DNA of 64,000 bases from positions 2,805 through 66,804 of the forward strand of contig CABUGH010000006.1 in the NCBI GenBank assembly GCA_902491155.1, in the 5' to 3' direction. This document shows positions 8,229-18,204 of the stretch, one piece after another. The DNA is from an uncultured Clostridium sp. Its GTDB lineage: Bacteria > Bacillota > Clostridia > TANB77 > CAG-508. The notes below the pieces were generated by a model that saw only the letters and a list, made by a program, of their open reading frames with translations, did not search any database and was not told the DNA's origin. A program made the position numbers and the translations under genes. The first letter of the stretch is position 1. Each line of letters opens with the position of its first letter.

Positions 8229-11200
8229 TTATTTCATTTTTCTTATTATATCGTCTTTGCTTAGATTTTCAATATATTCATATTTGTTTTGATTGTTTCT
8301 TGCATCAAAACCACATATTGAATGGTATTCACAATATTGGCATGGAGTGTTTCCTTTATGATTTGTTGGTTTTAGGTCTATTTTTCCTTGTAAAATTTCT
8401 TCTCCTATTTGTTTTATTATTCTTTTTATATATTTTTGCAAAATTTCGAATTCTTCTTTATTTACTCCATTTGTGTCTCTTTTACTAATTTCTCCTTTTG
8501 CACTGATTCCTGCTGGTAATATTTTTGATGTAACTCCCTCTTTTAAATTGTTGTCTTGCATTTTCATTACTTCTATATCTGCTAAAATTAATCCCTTCAT
8601 TTTAAATTGTTTTCGTATTTCTTCTTCTATTACTTCTTCTGTTTTTGCTTTTGGACTTACATTTTTTTCTATTAGATTAAAATACAATATTCCTGCTGGT
8701 AAAAAATCCTTTTCTTCACATATTGCATCTAAATATGTTAATAATTGTATTGATATTCCTGCATATACTTCATTTAAGTCTACATTTCTTGCAGATGATT
8801 TATAATCTATAATTCTTAAATAATTTCCATCTGCTGATTTAGCAACATCAACTCTATCTATTTTTCCTGTGATTTCTATTTTCTTTCCATTATCTAGTAT
8901 TATTTCTATTGGCTTGTTTTCTTCCCCTTTTCCAAATTCTACTTCTGTACCTTCTACATTGAAATCACTATATACTAGGCTTTCTATAATATATTTTAAT
9001 GCTTTTGTAATCATTTTTTCTAATCTTTGTATTAATATTTTATATTTTACAGTTGCTGTAAATTTGTATTTTCCATAGTCTAATTTCGTTTCAATTATTT
9101 GATTTACTATTTTTCGTATTTTTTCTTCTTCTCCTAATAATTCGTTTAGTTGTATATTTTCTTCTTTAACATTATTGAAGAATAAATCTATTACTTCATG
9201 CATAAATGAACCTGTATCAAAACTTTGTATTTTCAACTCTTCTTTTTCTTTTAGATTTAATCCATATTTTAAGAAGTATGAAAATGGGCATTTTTTATAT
9301 GTTTCTAGCCTTGATACACTTGTTTTTAATATATTTCCATATAACTTTTCTATTGTTTTATTTTCGATTTTTTTAGGAAGATTTGTGTACCTTATTCCCT
9401 CTAAATCTTTATTTAATTTTGTATTCCATTCTTTTTTTGATTGATAATATTTATATACTTCTTTCCATTCTGTTTCTAATTTATTTTCTTCTATTTTTGA
9501 TATTTTTTCAATTAACGTCTCATAAGTTGCCTTTTTGTTTGTAATTTCATAAATTGGATTTATTATGTCACTTTTTTCTTCTAATTTTGGAAACATTTTT
9601 TTTATTTTTGCTATATACATTGATGGCCTTAATGTTCCTCCTTCTGTGTCTGCTGAGCTGTATGATAAATATAGTTTTTTTTCTGCTGTTGTAAATGCTT
9701 TATAAATATTGAACTTGTCATCATATAAATTTTCTAATGTTCCTTTTGCTAATTCTATTCCTTGTTCTTTTAAATATTCTCTATCTTCATCTCCTAAGAA
9801 GCCTTCACTTTTATTTATACTTGGGTATACCCCATCATTTAGTCCTATTATAAATATTGTGTCAACTTTATGACTTCGTGACCTGTCTACATCACCTATT
9901 ATTACTTGGTCTTGTGTTCCTGGTATTTTTCCTAGACCGCTTGCCTTTAGACCTTGTTTTAATATGTTTGAATATTGATTTATTGTTAAATTTTCGTCTC
10001 TAAAGATTTTTACTATCTCATCAAAAATATTTATTAAAATTTCATAACTTTCTTTATATTCTTGCACTAAATCTGTTCTTTCGGTGTCTTGTAATTGTTG
10101 CATTTTGCTTATTATTTTTTCTTCTATTTTTTGTTCTTCTAAAAATTCATATATTGCTTTTGTAATTTCTTTTGCTGTTTTTTCTTTTCTGATTCTTTGT
10201 TTTAATTTTTCTATTGGCTCAATTATTTTTTTTCTTAATTCATTATAATGTTCTACTTCCTGTCTGTTATTTTCTAGTTCGTAATGAAAATCTTTTTTAA
10301 ATTTGCTTTGTTTTATTCCCCATTTTGTACAATAGTTTTCTAGTTTAAATATGTCTTCTTGTTCGATATCTAAAAATCCCATTTTTGCATATTGAAATAC
10401 GCTTTCTTTACTATAATTTCTTTGTAATATTTCAAATATTGATAAGATATATTGGATTATTATATTTTGACTTAGTTCTCTTTTTTCATCTATAAATACT
10501 GGTATATCATATTTATCAAAAATTACTTTTGCTAAATTTGAATAGTTTTGTATGTTTTTGGTGATTATTGCTATTTCACTATACTTTTTATTTTTTTCTT
10601 TTACTAATTCTGTAATTTCTTTAGCTATATTTTCTATTTCTGTATATTGATTTTTGGCTAAAAATAATGATATGTTTTCTACATTTTGTGGATATTTTGT
10701 GGATTTTATATCAAATAAATGTTTTTCTATGTATTCTAATTCTGGTGTTTTAAATCTATTTTGCCCTTCTAGTTTTATTGGTTTCTCTTCTTCTAAATTA
10801 TTTTTCTTTACTATATTTTCTAATTTTTCAAGTGTTATTTTATTTGCATAGAATATGTCTGTGTCTGGAGCTAATGCTTTTTCTATATTGTCAATAGTTA
10901 TTGTTATATTTACTTGTTTTGCGTATTTTATTAACTCTTTTATAACTTGATATTCTGAGTATGTAAATCCTGCAAATTCGTCTATATAAATTATACTGTT
11001 TTTTATCCATTCTATTTTTTCTATATTTTGTGCAAGTATTGCTAATTCATCCGCTTCGTCTATATATGATTGTTTTATTTGTTCATTATATTGTTCATAG
11101 ATATAATATATGTCTTGTAATTTAGTTTTTAAGTAGATATTTTCTGTGTTTTCTATTTGTTCTTTTAATCTTTCTACTGTTACCCCATGTTTTTTTAGCT

Positions 11201-11564
11201 CTGTTATACTTGATATTGCTATATCTATATTTTCTTCGGATTTTGATAGATATTTTAGTTTGCTTTTTTGAGTAGTTAGTATATGACTAATTAGCATTGT
11301 TTTTCCGCATTTGGTCATCCTATCATCTTTATTTCCTATTTCTTTTATTACTCTTTTTGCTAATCTGCTTAAATGTATTACTTCGGCTTGCAAAACCGCT
11401 TCTGTTTTTATAGTTTCCATTAATTTTCTTTCTGCTGTGAATGCGTTTTGCTCTGGTGTGATTATAAATACTTTTTCATTTTTATCTATATTTTTTGATA
11501 TTTCTTTATAGCAATATTCACTTTTTCCACTTCCTGCTCTTCCATATATTATTCTTAGTCCCAC
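8229..11564 (-). CDS. addB: Helicase-exonuclease AddAB subunit AddB (RexB)
   Basis: 1111 aa. N-terminal degenerate Walker A (IIYGRAGSGKSEY). C-terminal RecB-type nuclease domain with Fe-S cysteines (KKCPFSYF … TPCQYCEYHSICGF). Confidence 0.85.
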   Translation of the reverse strand: MGLRIIYGRAGSGKSEYCYKEISKNIDKNEKVFIITPEQNAFTAERKLMETIKTEAVLQAEVIHLSRLAKRVIKEIGNKDDRMTKCGKTMLISHILTTQKSKLKYLSKSEENIDIAISSITELKKHGVTVERLKEQIENTENIYLKTKLQDIYYIYEQYNEQIKQSYIDEADELAILAQNIEKIEWIKNSIIYIDEFAGFTYSEYQVIKELIKYAKQVNITITIDNIEKALAPDTDIFYANKITLEKLENIVKKNNLEEEKPIKLEGQNRFKTPELEYIEKHLFDIKSTKYPQNVENISLFLAKNQYTEIENIAKEITELVKEKNKKYSEIAIITKNIQNYSNLAKVIFDKYDIPVFIDEKRELSQNIIIQYILSIFEILQRNYSKESVFQYAKMGFLDIEQEDIFKLENYCTKWGIKQSKFKKDFHYELENNRQEVEHYNELRKKIIEPIEKLKQRIRKEKTAKEITKAIYEFLEEQKIEEKIISKMQQLQDTERTDLVQEYKESYEILINIFDEIVKIFRDENLTINQYSNILKQGLKASGLGKIPGTQDQVIIGDVDRSRSHKVDTIFIIGLNDGVYPSINKSEGFLGDEDREYLKEQGIELAKGTLENLYDDKFNIYKAFTTAEKKLYLSYSSADTEGGTLRPSMYIAKIKKMFPKLEEKSDIINPIYEITNKKATYETLIEKISKIEENKLETEWKEVYKYYQSKKEWNTKLNKDLEGIRYTNLPKKIENKTIEKLYGNILKTSVSRLETYKKCPFSYFLKYGLNLKEKEELKIQSFDTGSFMHEVIDLFFNNVKEENIQLNELLGEEEKIRKIVNQIIETKLDYGKYKFTATVKYKILIQRLEKMITKALKYIIESLVYSDFNVEGTEVEFGKGEENKPIEIILDNGKKIEITGKIDRVDVAKSADGNYLRIIDYKSSARNVDLNEVYAGISIQLLTYLDAICEEKDFLPAGILYFNLIEKNVSPKAKTEEVIEEEIRKQFKMKGLILADIEVMKMQDNNLKEGVTSKILPAGISAKGEISKRDTNGVNKEEFEILQKYIKRIIKQIGEEILQGKIDLKPTNHKGNTPCQYCEYHSICGFDARNNQNKYEYIENLSKDDIIRKMK

Positions 11565-11578
11565 TTTGTTCTCCTTTT

Positions 11579-12457
11579 TTATTTACTTTGTTCTTGTAAT
11601 TCTCTTCTCCAATAAAATAAGTATTGTTGTGCTAAACCTGCTAAGTTTCCAAATTTTTCGTGTGCTAGTTTTTCTATTTGTTTTTTATTGATTTTGCCTT
11701 CATCTCCATGTATATATAATTCATTCATTACTCTATTGACCCATACATCTATTGGGAAAACTTCAAATCTTTTTAATGTTGAAAATAGTAAAATGCAGTC
11801 AGCTACTTTTGGGCCTACTCCAGATAAACCTAAAAGTTCTTCTCTTACTTCTTGCGTATTTTGATTTTGTTCTAATTTTTTTAAATCTACTTTTCCATCT
11901 AATATCATATGTGTCGTTTCATATAGTCTAATATCTCTAAATCCTAAGCCTAACTCTCTGTATTTTTCTATGCTAACATCTTTTAACTCTTCTGGTGTTG
12001 GAAAGGTATAATATTTTTTGTTTTCAAATATTATTTCTTTTCCAAAATTTTCTGATAATCTTTGAATTATTTTTTGGATTCTTGGAATATTGTTGTTTGC
12101 TGATATTATAAATGATATTATTGTTTCCCATAAATTTTGATTTAATATTCTTATTCCTTGACCATATTTTATACTTTTTTCCATATTTTCATCTATATTA
12201 GATAATGTGTTTTGTATTTTTTTATAATCTCTTTTTAAATCAAAATATTCTATTGCTAGTTTTTCTAAATTGTCTTCTCCTTTTGATTCTAAAATATAGT
12301 CTTTTCCGTCTTGCTTTATTTTTATTACGTTTTTTCCTACTACTCCTGTGTATCCTTTTTCTTCATTTTCTTTCCACCTAAAGCATTGTCCACATGTGAA
12401 TATGTCTTTTAAATTAAAACATTCTGGTTCTTTTAGTGTATATTTTTGTTCTTGCAT
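11579..12457 (-). CDS. ogg: 8-oxoguanine DNA glycosylase / AP lyase (Ogg, HhH-GPD family)
   Basis: OGG N-domain motif FTCGQCFRW. HhH-GPD motif LLGLSGVGPKVADCILLF … FPIDVW. Confidence 0.8.
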   Translation of the reverse strand: MQEQKYTLKEPECFNLKDIFTCGQCFRWKENEEKGYTGVVGKNVIKIKQDGKDYILESKGEDNLEKLAIEYFDLKRDYKKIQNTLSNIDENMEKSIKYGQGIRILNQNLWETIISFIISANNNIPRIQKIIQRLSENFGKEIIFENKKYYTFPTPEELKDVSIEKYRELGLGFRDIRLYETTHMILDGKVDLKKLEQNQNTQEVREELLGLSGVGPKVADCILLFSTLKRFEVFPIDVWVNRVMNELYIHGDEGKINKKQIEKLAHEKFGNLAGLAQQYLFYWRRELQEQSK

Positions 12458-12478
12458 TTTTCTCTCATTCCTTTTATT

Positions 12479-13333
12479 TTATTTAAAACCTTTACCAAAA
12501 ACTTCTCTTGCATTAGCGATAACAATAAAACTATTGTTGTCTATGCTCATAGCAATGTCTTTAACTCTAGCTACATCTCCCCTAGATGCCGCACAAATTA
12601 ATATAAGTTTGTTTTTTCCTGTGTACATTCCTTTTCCAAAAAGACCTGTAGTTCCTCTTTTTATTTTGTTTCCAATTTCTTCTGCTATTTGTTCATTTTT
12701 GTTAGAAATTATTATTAATAATTTTGTAAAATATATTCCTTCAAAAACTATATCTATAAATTTTCCCATTAGATAGATACTTATTGCAGAATATAAACCT
12801 ATTTCTATCTCTCTAAAAAATATAACATTTAAGGCTACTATAACTGTATCTATTATAATAATTATATTGCTCATTCTTAAATTTGGCCTATAACTTCTTG
12901 CTATAAAACTTATTAAGTCTGATCCTCCAGTTGAACTGTTACTTTTTAATATTACTGCTGTTCCTAATCCTATTATTATCCCTCCATATATACATGCTAA
13001 AAATCTATCTGTTGTTAGTGGGGTTAATTTATCAAATAAATCTATAAAAATTGAAAAACTTACTGTTCCTAGTAATGATTTTACAAAAAAGCTTTTTCCT
13101 AGTCTGTGCCCTGCTAATAAAAATATTGGTATATTAAATGCAAGTATTGTTGTACCCATTGGTATTTTTAGTAAATAATATAGTATTGTTGCTATTCCTG
13201 CAAATCCTCCAGATGAAAGTTGGTTAGGTAATAGAAATAGGGAAGTTCCTATTGCCATTATTGCTGCTCCTAATAATGTTCCTCCCCCTTCTTTTATTGT
13301 TTTTACTATTTTATTTTTTTCTTTCAAAAACAT
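12479..13333 (-). CDS. YitT-family membrane protein (DUF2179 C-terminal domain)
   Basis: Polytopic N-terminus with SSGGFAGIATILYY. The C-terminus (GTTGLFGKGMYTG…LICAASRGDVARVKDIA…DNNSFIVIANAREVFGKGF) is typical of YitT/DUF2179. The start was chosen at MFLKEKN, which has a GGTGA RBS. The ORF track's longest ORF extends to 13411. Confidence 0.75.
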   Translation of the reverse strand: MFLKEKNKIVKTIKEGGGTLLGAAIMAIGTSLFLLPNQLSSGGFAGIATILYYLLKIPMGTTILAFNIPIFLLAGHRLGKSFFVKSLLGTVSFSIFIDLFDKLTPLTTDRFLACIYGGIIIGLGTAVILKSNSSTGGSDLISFIARSYRPNLRMSNIIIIIDTVIVALNVIFFREIEIGLYSAISIYLMGKFIDIVFEGIYFTKLLIIISNKNEQIAEEIGNKIKRGTTGLFGKGMYTGKNKLILICAASRGDVARVKDIAMSIDNNSFIVIANAREVFGKGFK

Positions 13334-13416
13334 AAAATCACCATTATTATTATTTGCTTTTTTGGTAATTTTATACATAGTGTTTTGGGGATGTTTTTGG
13401 GACAGACCCAAAAGTA

Positions 13417-14478
13417 CTATGCTTGTTCTTCTAAAAAATCCTTGTACAATTTTATTATCTCAAGTTTTAATTTTCCTTGCTTTATCTTTTTATCTTGTTT
13501 TACTATTAAGTCAACGTCATATATATCATGTAGTTTTTTTATATTTTCTTTTTTATGACCTATTACACTGTTTGCATCAGCAGGATTTACTGTTATTTCT
13601 ACTTCTTTTACTTTAGTATTTAATTTTTTTATTTTACTTACAATTGCATCATACCACATTGCAGTTTCTACCAATTGCCTAAATGCTGGATGATATGGTC
13701 CTACTATTACTTGACTTTCTTTGTTGTTTGGATCTGTTATTTCATCTGTATTTTGTAATCCTACTCTTATTACATCAATATTTTTATCATCAAACATTCT
13801 TACTAATTCTTTACAAATTTCTACTGCTTGTACTACCGTTAATGCCTTATATTTTTCACTTTTATAGTCTTTTTCTAGCTTTGTTCCTTTTAATACTAGT
13901 ACTGGATATATTCTAACCATCTTTGGTTTTAGTTTTATTAAATCTTTTGCAGTGTTTATTTCATCTTGTCTTGTACTTTCTGGTAGTCCTACCATCATTT
14001 GATGGCCTAAAACAAATCCTTTTTTTCTAATTAGTTTTGATGCTCTCTTTACATCTTCAAATGTATGTCCCCTTCCTGCTTTTTGTAGCACATATTCATT
14101 TGATGATTGTACTCCTAATTCTATTGTTTTTACTTTGTATTTTTTTAATCTTTTTAATATTTCTTTGTTTATATAATCTGGTCTTGTTGAGATCCTTATG
14201 CTTTTTACTTTTCCTTGTTTTACATATTCATATGCAAGTTCTAGCAATTCTTTTTGTTTTTTTTCTTCTATAGCTGTAAAGCTTCCGCCGAAAAATGCTA
14301 TTTCTTTTTCTCCTTTTATATCTTTTATTCCGTCTAAAAATTCGTCAATAATTTTTTTGGCATCTTCTTTTGTTATATTTTTCTTTTGACCACTTATTGA
14401 TTTTTGATTGCAAAATACACAGTCATTTGGACATCCTAAATGTGGTACAAATACTGGTATAACATATTTCTTTTTCAT
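13417..14478 (-). CDS. Radical SAM protein, ELP3-like family
   Basis: PHLGCPNDCVFCNQ (CxxxCxxC) and a TIM-barrel-like core. Placement immediately upstream of rnc matches my recollection of other Firmicutes, unverified here. Confidence 0.7.
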   Translation of the reverse strand: MKKKYVIPVFVPHLGCPNDCVFCNQKSISGQKKNITKEDAKKIIDEFLDGIKDIKGEKEIAFFGGSFTAIEEKKQKELLELAYEYVKQGKVKSIRISTRPDYINKEILKRLKKYKVKTIELGVQSSNEYVLQKAGRGHTFEDVKRASKLIRKKGFVLGHQMMVGLPESTRQDEINTAKDLIKLKPKMVRIYPVLVLKGTKLEKDYKSEKYKALTVVQAVEICKELVRMFDDKNIDVIRVGLQNTDEITDPNNKESQVIVGPYHPAFRQLVETAMWYDAIVSKIKKLNTKVKEVEITVNPADANSVIGHKKENIKKLHDIYDVDLIVKQDKKIKQGKLKLEIIKLYKDFLEEQA

Positions 14479-14494
14479 AGATACCTCCTTAAAT

Positions 14495-15175
14495 TTACAA
14501 ATTTTCTAATGCTTTTTTTGCTGCTGACATTTCGGCTAATTTTTTGCTTTTTCCTTTTCCTTTAGCTAATTCTTTTCCGTTTAATTCTACTTCAGCTTCA
14601 AATGTTTTGTTATGGTCTGGCCCTGTTTCTTTTATTATTTTATATGTGATTTTTACATTTCCATGTTCTTGTAATTTTTCTTGTAACATGGTTTTATAGT
14701 CTTTTTCCCCCACATGTTGTGTTGCTATTGCAATTTCGTCTTTTAAATTTTCTATAATGAATTTGCATGCTGGTTCTAATCCACCATCTAAATATATTGC
14801 TGCTATTACAGCCTCTACACTATCTGCTAATATTGCTGGCTTTTCATTTCCTTTAGACTGTTGCTCTGATTTTCCTATATATAGATATTCACTAAATTTG
14901 TGTTGTTTTGCTATTTTATATAAACTTGCTTCACATACCACTGTTGCTCTGACTTTAGTCATTTCTCCTTCTCTTAACTTTGAGTAATTTTTATATATAT
15001 ACTGACTTGATACAAATTCTAAAATACTGTCTCCTAAAAACTCTAATTTTTCGTTGCTTTCTATATTGTGGTCATATGCATATGATGTATGTGTTAATGC
15101 TGTTTTTAATAGTTCTAAATTTTTAAATTTGTATTGTATGTTTTTTTGCATTTTTTCTAATTCTTGATTATTCAT
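14495..15175 (-). CDS. rnc: Ribonuclease III
   Basis: RNase III signature NEKLEFLGDSILEFV and a C-terminal dsRBD (GPDHNKTFEAEVELNGK…GKGKSKKLAEMSAAKKAL). Confidence 0.9.
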   Translation of the reverse strand: MNNQELEKMQKNIQYKFKNLELLKTALTHTSYAYDHNIESNEKLEFLGDSILEFVSSQYIYKNYSKLREGEMTKVRATVVCEASLYKIAKQHKFSEYLYIGKSEQQSKGNEKPAILADSVEAVIAAIYLDGGLEPACKFIIENLKDEIAIATQHVGEKDYKTMLQEKLQEHGNVKITYKIIKETGPDHNKTFEAEVELNGKELAKGKGKSKKLAEMSAAKKALENL

Positions 15176-15312
15176 TTTTCTTCTCTTTTCTTTTTTTATT
15201 TCTTTTATATTATATACTATTTTACAGATTTTGCAAGTGATTTTTTCTAAAAAACTATGGACAAGTTATTATTATTATTATATAATATGTATGATGGAAA
15301 GGAGAGATTTTA

Positions 15313-16701
15313 ATGTCTAATAAAAATGGCTATTTTGACACAGATAATCGTCAATTAACTGATGTTTTTAGAGAATTGCAACAAACACGTTTACAATACG
15401 AATCTCAGAATGCTAAGAATGCTAAAAAGTCATATTCTTCTACTGCTAAAAATCATAATAATATAAAGCGTCAAAAATTTTCTAATAGCACCAATAAAAC
15501 TTTTCGCATTTCACTTATTTTTATACTTTTGGTTATAGCGGTAATTGTTGCTTTATTGGGATCAAATTCGATATCTGCCAAAGATCCTTCTATAGAGTTA
15601 TATTCTCCTTTATCGGAAATTGGTAAATCAAATGTTTCTATAGAGATTAATCGCCATCGTTTAAATGCTCATAATATTATTACTTCAAATGCTGCTTTAG
15701 AGACTGTTAAAGAGCAAGTTACTGAAGAACGTGATATTCCTTTTGAAACTTTATATACTGAAAGGAATCTATTGCCTAAGGGTGAAGAAGTTGTTTTACA
15801 GCAAGGTGTTAATGGTAAAAAAAATGTAACCCTTGTTCGTTCTTATGATAATGGTGAGTTAACTGCAGAAGATATTATTCAAGAAGAAAAAACTAAAGAT
15901 TATGTTCCTCAAATTGTTGATGTTGGAACCTCTGAATTTTTGGCTAAAATTAAGGCTCATTTGAAAGATACTTTATATTTAACTAAAGATACTGTTTTAC
16001 GTGATGGTATGTCAGATACTTCTAACCAAGTTGCTGAAATAAAAAATTATTTTGATGTTGTCCTTTTGGATTTACCTAGTGAAGATTGGTGTAAAGTTTC
16101 TTATGATGGTGTAGAAGGTTATTTGCCTACTAAAAACTTAACTTCTGCTGTTGTATCTCCTACTATGCCAGAAAAAAATCGTATTCAAAAAATAGTTATA
16201 AAGCTTGATAAAGATATGCCTTTAAATCAATCATCTGGTTTAACTTTGGCTGATTATAAAAAAATATTTACTGGTCTTCCAAGTGATACAAATAATATTT
16301 TTGCTGATAATTATGAGACTTTTTATAATATTGATACAAAATATAAAATTAATGGTATCTTTTTAGCATCTTTGGGTATTCATGAAAGTGCTTGGGGTAC
16401 TTCTCAAATTGCTAAAGAAAAGAAAAATCTATTTGGATATGGTTCTTATGATGCTACACCTTATGAATCTTCTTATTCTTTTGATAATTATAAAGATGGT
16501 ATTGAATTAGTCGCAAAAGTTATGGTTAAGTATTACATTAACCCTGTTGGTACAAACATTTACGATAATGAGAAAGCTTTGGCTACATATTATAATGGTC
16601 CTACTATTGCTGATGTCAATATTCGCTATGCTAGTGATGAAAATTGGCATGAAAAAGTATATAGTTATATGGAAATGTTATATAATCGTTTAGAAAAATA
16701 A
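15313..16701 (+). CDS. Cell-wall hydrolase: TM anchor + G5 domain + SH3-like + N-acetylglucosaminidase (GH73-type) domain
   Basis: G5-like block IPFETLYTERNLLPKGEEVVLQQGVNGKKNVTLVRSYDNGEL. SH3-like block WCKVSYDGVEGYLPTKNL. Glucosaminidase block INGIFLASLGIHESAWGTSQIAKEKKNLFGYG. Confidence 0.75.
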   Translation: MSNKNGYFDTDNRQLTDVFRELQQTRLQYESQNAKNAKKSYSSTAKNHNNIKRQKFSNSTNKTFRISLIFILLVIAVIVALLGSNSISAKDPSIELYSPLSEIGKSNVSIEINRHRLNAHNIITSNAALETVKEQVTEERDIPFETLYTERNLLPKGEEVVLQQGVNGKKNVTLVRSYDNGELTAEDIIQEEKTKDYVPQIVDVGTSEFLAKIKAHLKDTLYLTKDTVLRDGMSDTSNQVAEIKNYFDVVLLDLPSEDWCKVSYDGVEGYLPTKNLTSAVVSPTMPEKNRIQKIVIKLDKDMPLNQSSGLTLADYKKIFTGLPSDTNNIFADNYETFYNIDTKYKINGIFLASLGIHESAWGTSQIAKEKKNLFGYGSYDATPYESSYSFDNYKDGIELVAKVMVKYYINPVGTNIYDNEKALATYYNGPTIADVNIRYASDENWHEKVYSYMEMLYNRLEK

Positions 16702-16757
16702 TAATTTAAAATTCTAGGAATTTGCTTTCCTAGAATTTTAAAAATAGGAGGAATACA

Positions 16758-17603
16758 ATGAATTTTCCATTTAAAATTAGTGTTAAACATTCAAGAATCT
16801 TATTGGCAATATTAATTATATTGTTATTGCTTTGCATTTTTGCTTATTCTTATATTTTTTATGCTAGTTATTCAAGAAATGAATTTATTAATCAATCTTT
16901 AAAAATTTCAGAGCAAAATCAGCTCTCTGTTTTTAAGATTAGTAAAATTTTGTTGTATAGTAGTGCTAGTGCTATTAATAATCGTTCTGATAATTCTTTG
17001 GAAGATTTAAATATTTGTCAGTATACAGATATTGCTATTTATATTGATAATACTTCCTCTATTTCTGATTTAACAACGCAAAATACTGTTAAGGAAATGT
17101 GGATTGATAATATTAAGGTTACTCCAAAAAGTGAGCTAGGTTCTTGTGTTTTAAATTATAAAAATTTAAATAATTTTGGTAAATTTGAAAATTTACAACC
17201 TGCTTCTGACTCACGTATAGATTTTAATATTGTGAATACTAATGAACAAAATGAGTCTACTGATTATGAAACGCCAACTTTTTATACTGATTGTTCTAAT
17301 CCTATTTCTTTAGGGTATTTGAATTCTGGAATTGTTAAAAATTATTCTATTCATGACAATGTTAATTCTGTTGCTTTAAATGGAAAGATTTTGCAACAGT
17401 CTGGTGTTGATTTAGCTCAAATTAGTTATAATTTGACTTTTGATATTCATATTAAAAATTATGATGATGATTCTTTTGTTTATCATTCTAATATGGACGT
17501 AAATTTGGATACTGATAATAAGGATATCTATAATGGTTATTTATATCAAACTAAAAATAATAATTCTGATAATGAATATATTTTCTTTAAAGAAGTTCAA
17601 TAG
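16758..17603 (+). CDS. Hypothetical membrane-anchored protein
   Basis: 281 aa with AGGAGG 7 nt upstream and one N-terminal TM (ILLAILIILLLLCIFAYSYIFYA). No recognisable motif. Confidence 0.5.
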   Translation: MNFPFKISVKHSRILLAILIILLLLCIFAYSYIFYASYSRNEFINQSLKISEQNQLSVFKISKILLYSSASAINNRSDNSLEDLNICQYTDIAIYIDNTSSISDLTTQNTVKEMWIDNIKVTPKSELGSCVLNYKNLNNFGKFENLQPASDSRIDFNIVNTNEQNESTDYETPTFYTDCSNPISLGYLNSGIVKNYSIHDNVNSVALNGKILQQSGVDLAQISYNLTFDIHIKNYDDDSFVYHSNMDVNLDTDNKDIYNGYLYQTKNNNSDNEYIFFKEVQ

Positions 17604-17608
17604 ATTAA

Positions 17609-17647
17609 ACGAGAAAACATTGATGTCTCAATGTTTTCTCGTTTTTT
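17609..17647 (+). terminator. Rho-independent terminator
   Basis: 14-bp stem ACGAGAAAACATTG / CAATGTTTTCTCGT, 6-nt loop, then T5. Confidence 0.8.
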
Positions 17648-17912
17648 ACAAACCTAGATAAAAAATATGAAAATTCTAATTATGGTATTACTTTTTATAT
17701 CCTTCATCTTTATCATATCATAAATATTCATTAACAGATGATATGGTTGAATCTTTTAGTGATAATAATGGAAATGAAATTGTAGTTTCTGTGTTTAATA
17801 ATGATACTATTGAAAATATTATCGATTTTGAAAAAAATAAAGATATGCCTGATGGTACAAAAATTGTACTAGATATAAAAAATGAAGGATATGTTACATT
17901 AACTATAAAATA

Positions 17913-17963
17913 ATTATGTATATAACACTTAATAAGACAATGTTTATATTTATTGAAATTATA
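17913..17963. repeat. Partial duplicate of the small-toxin coding sequence (paired with 18119-18169)
   Basis: About 46 of 50 nt identical to 18119-18169. On the minus strand it reads MNFYIISININIVLLSVIYIIIL* but has no RBS, so it is probably a decayed copy. Confidence 0.6.
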
Positions 17964-17973
17964 TAAAAATTCA

Positions 17974-18003
17974 TTGACAAATAATTTAATTAGGGTGTAT
18001 AAT
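17974..18003 (+). promoter_or_regulatory. Near-consensus sigma-A promoter
   Basis: TTGACA (17974-17979), 18-nt spacer, TATAAT (17998-18003). Confidence 0.7.
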
Positions 18004-18009
18004 ATAGAT

Positions 18010-18098
18010 AGAAAATGAGAACACAAATAATGTGTGTTACCTAAAAAATTTTAAGTATACACCACTAGCTCTGCGAAAGCGTATGTGGTGTATTTTTT
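18010..18098 (+). ncRNA. Candidate small RNA (putative type I antitoxin)
   Basis: Bounded by the promoter above and a terminator. The terminator stem is TACACCAC (18058-65) / GTGGTGTA (18085-92) with an inner GC-GAAA-GC tetraloop, followed by T6 (18093-98). The only internal ORF is 9 codons with no RBS. The 3' ~50 nt are antisense to the 3' end of the convergent 35-aa ORF. Confidence 0.5.
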
Positions 18099-18204
18099 AT
18101 TGTTGCTTATTTGATAGTATTATGTATATAACACTTAATAAGGCAACGTTTATAGTTATTGAAATCATAAATCCTATTATTAAGAACATTAAAAAATCTA
18201 ACAT
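18097..18204 (-). CDS. 35-aa hydrophobic peptide, candidate type I toxin
   Basis: MLDFLMFLIIGFMISITINVALLSVIYIILSNKQQ*. Strong RBS GGAGGTGG 7 nt upstream of the ATG. One TM helix plus a polar tail. The stop codon abuts the shared hairpin. It is below the 60-aa cutoff of the ORF track. Confidence 0.5.
   Translation of the reverse strand: MLDFLMFLIIGFMISITINVALLSVIYIILSNKQQ

Noticed and set aside
17718-18026. 102-aa minus-strand ORF in the track
   Set aside because: It has no RBS and a low-complexity Phe/Ile/Ser-rich composition. It spans the + strand consensus promoter and the decayed toxin duplicate. On the opposite strand, a better-looking C-terminal coding remnant (…DGTKIVLDIKNEGYVTLTIK*) occupies much of it.
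18015-18044. 9-codon ORF (MRTQIMCVT) inside the candidate sRNA as a leader or signalling peptide
   Set aside because: It has no Shine-Dalgarno sequence and starts only ~5 nt after the predicted transcription start. It is more likely non-coding.
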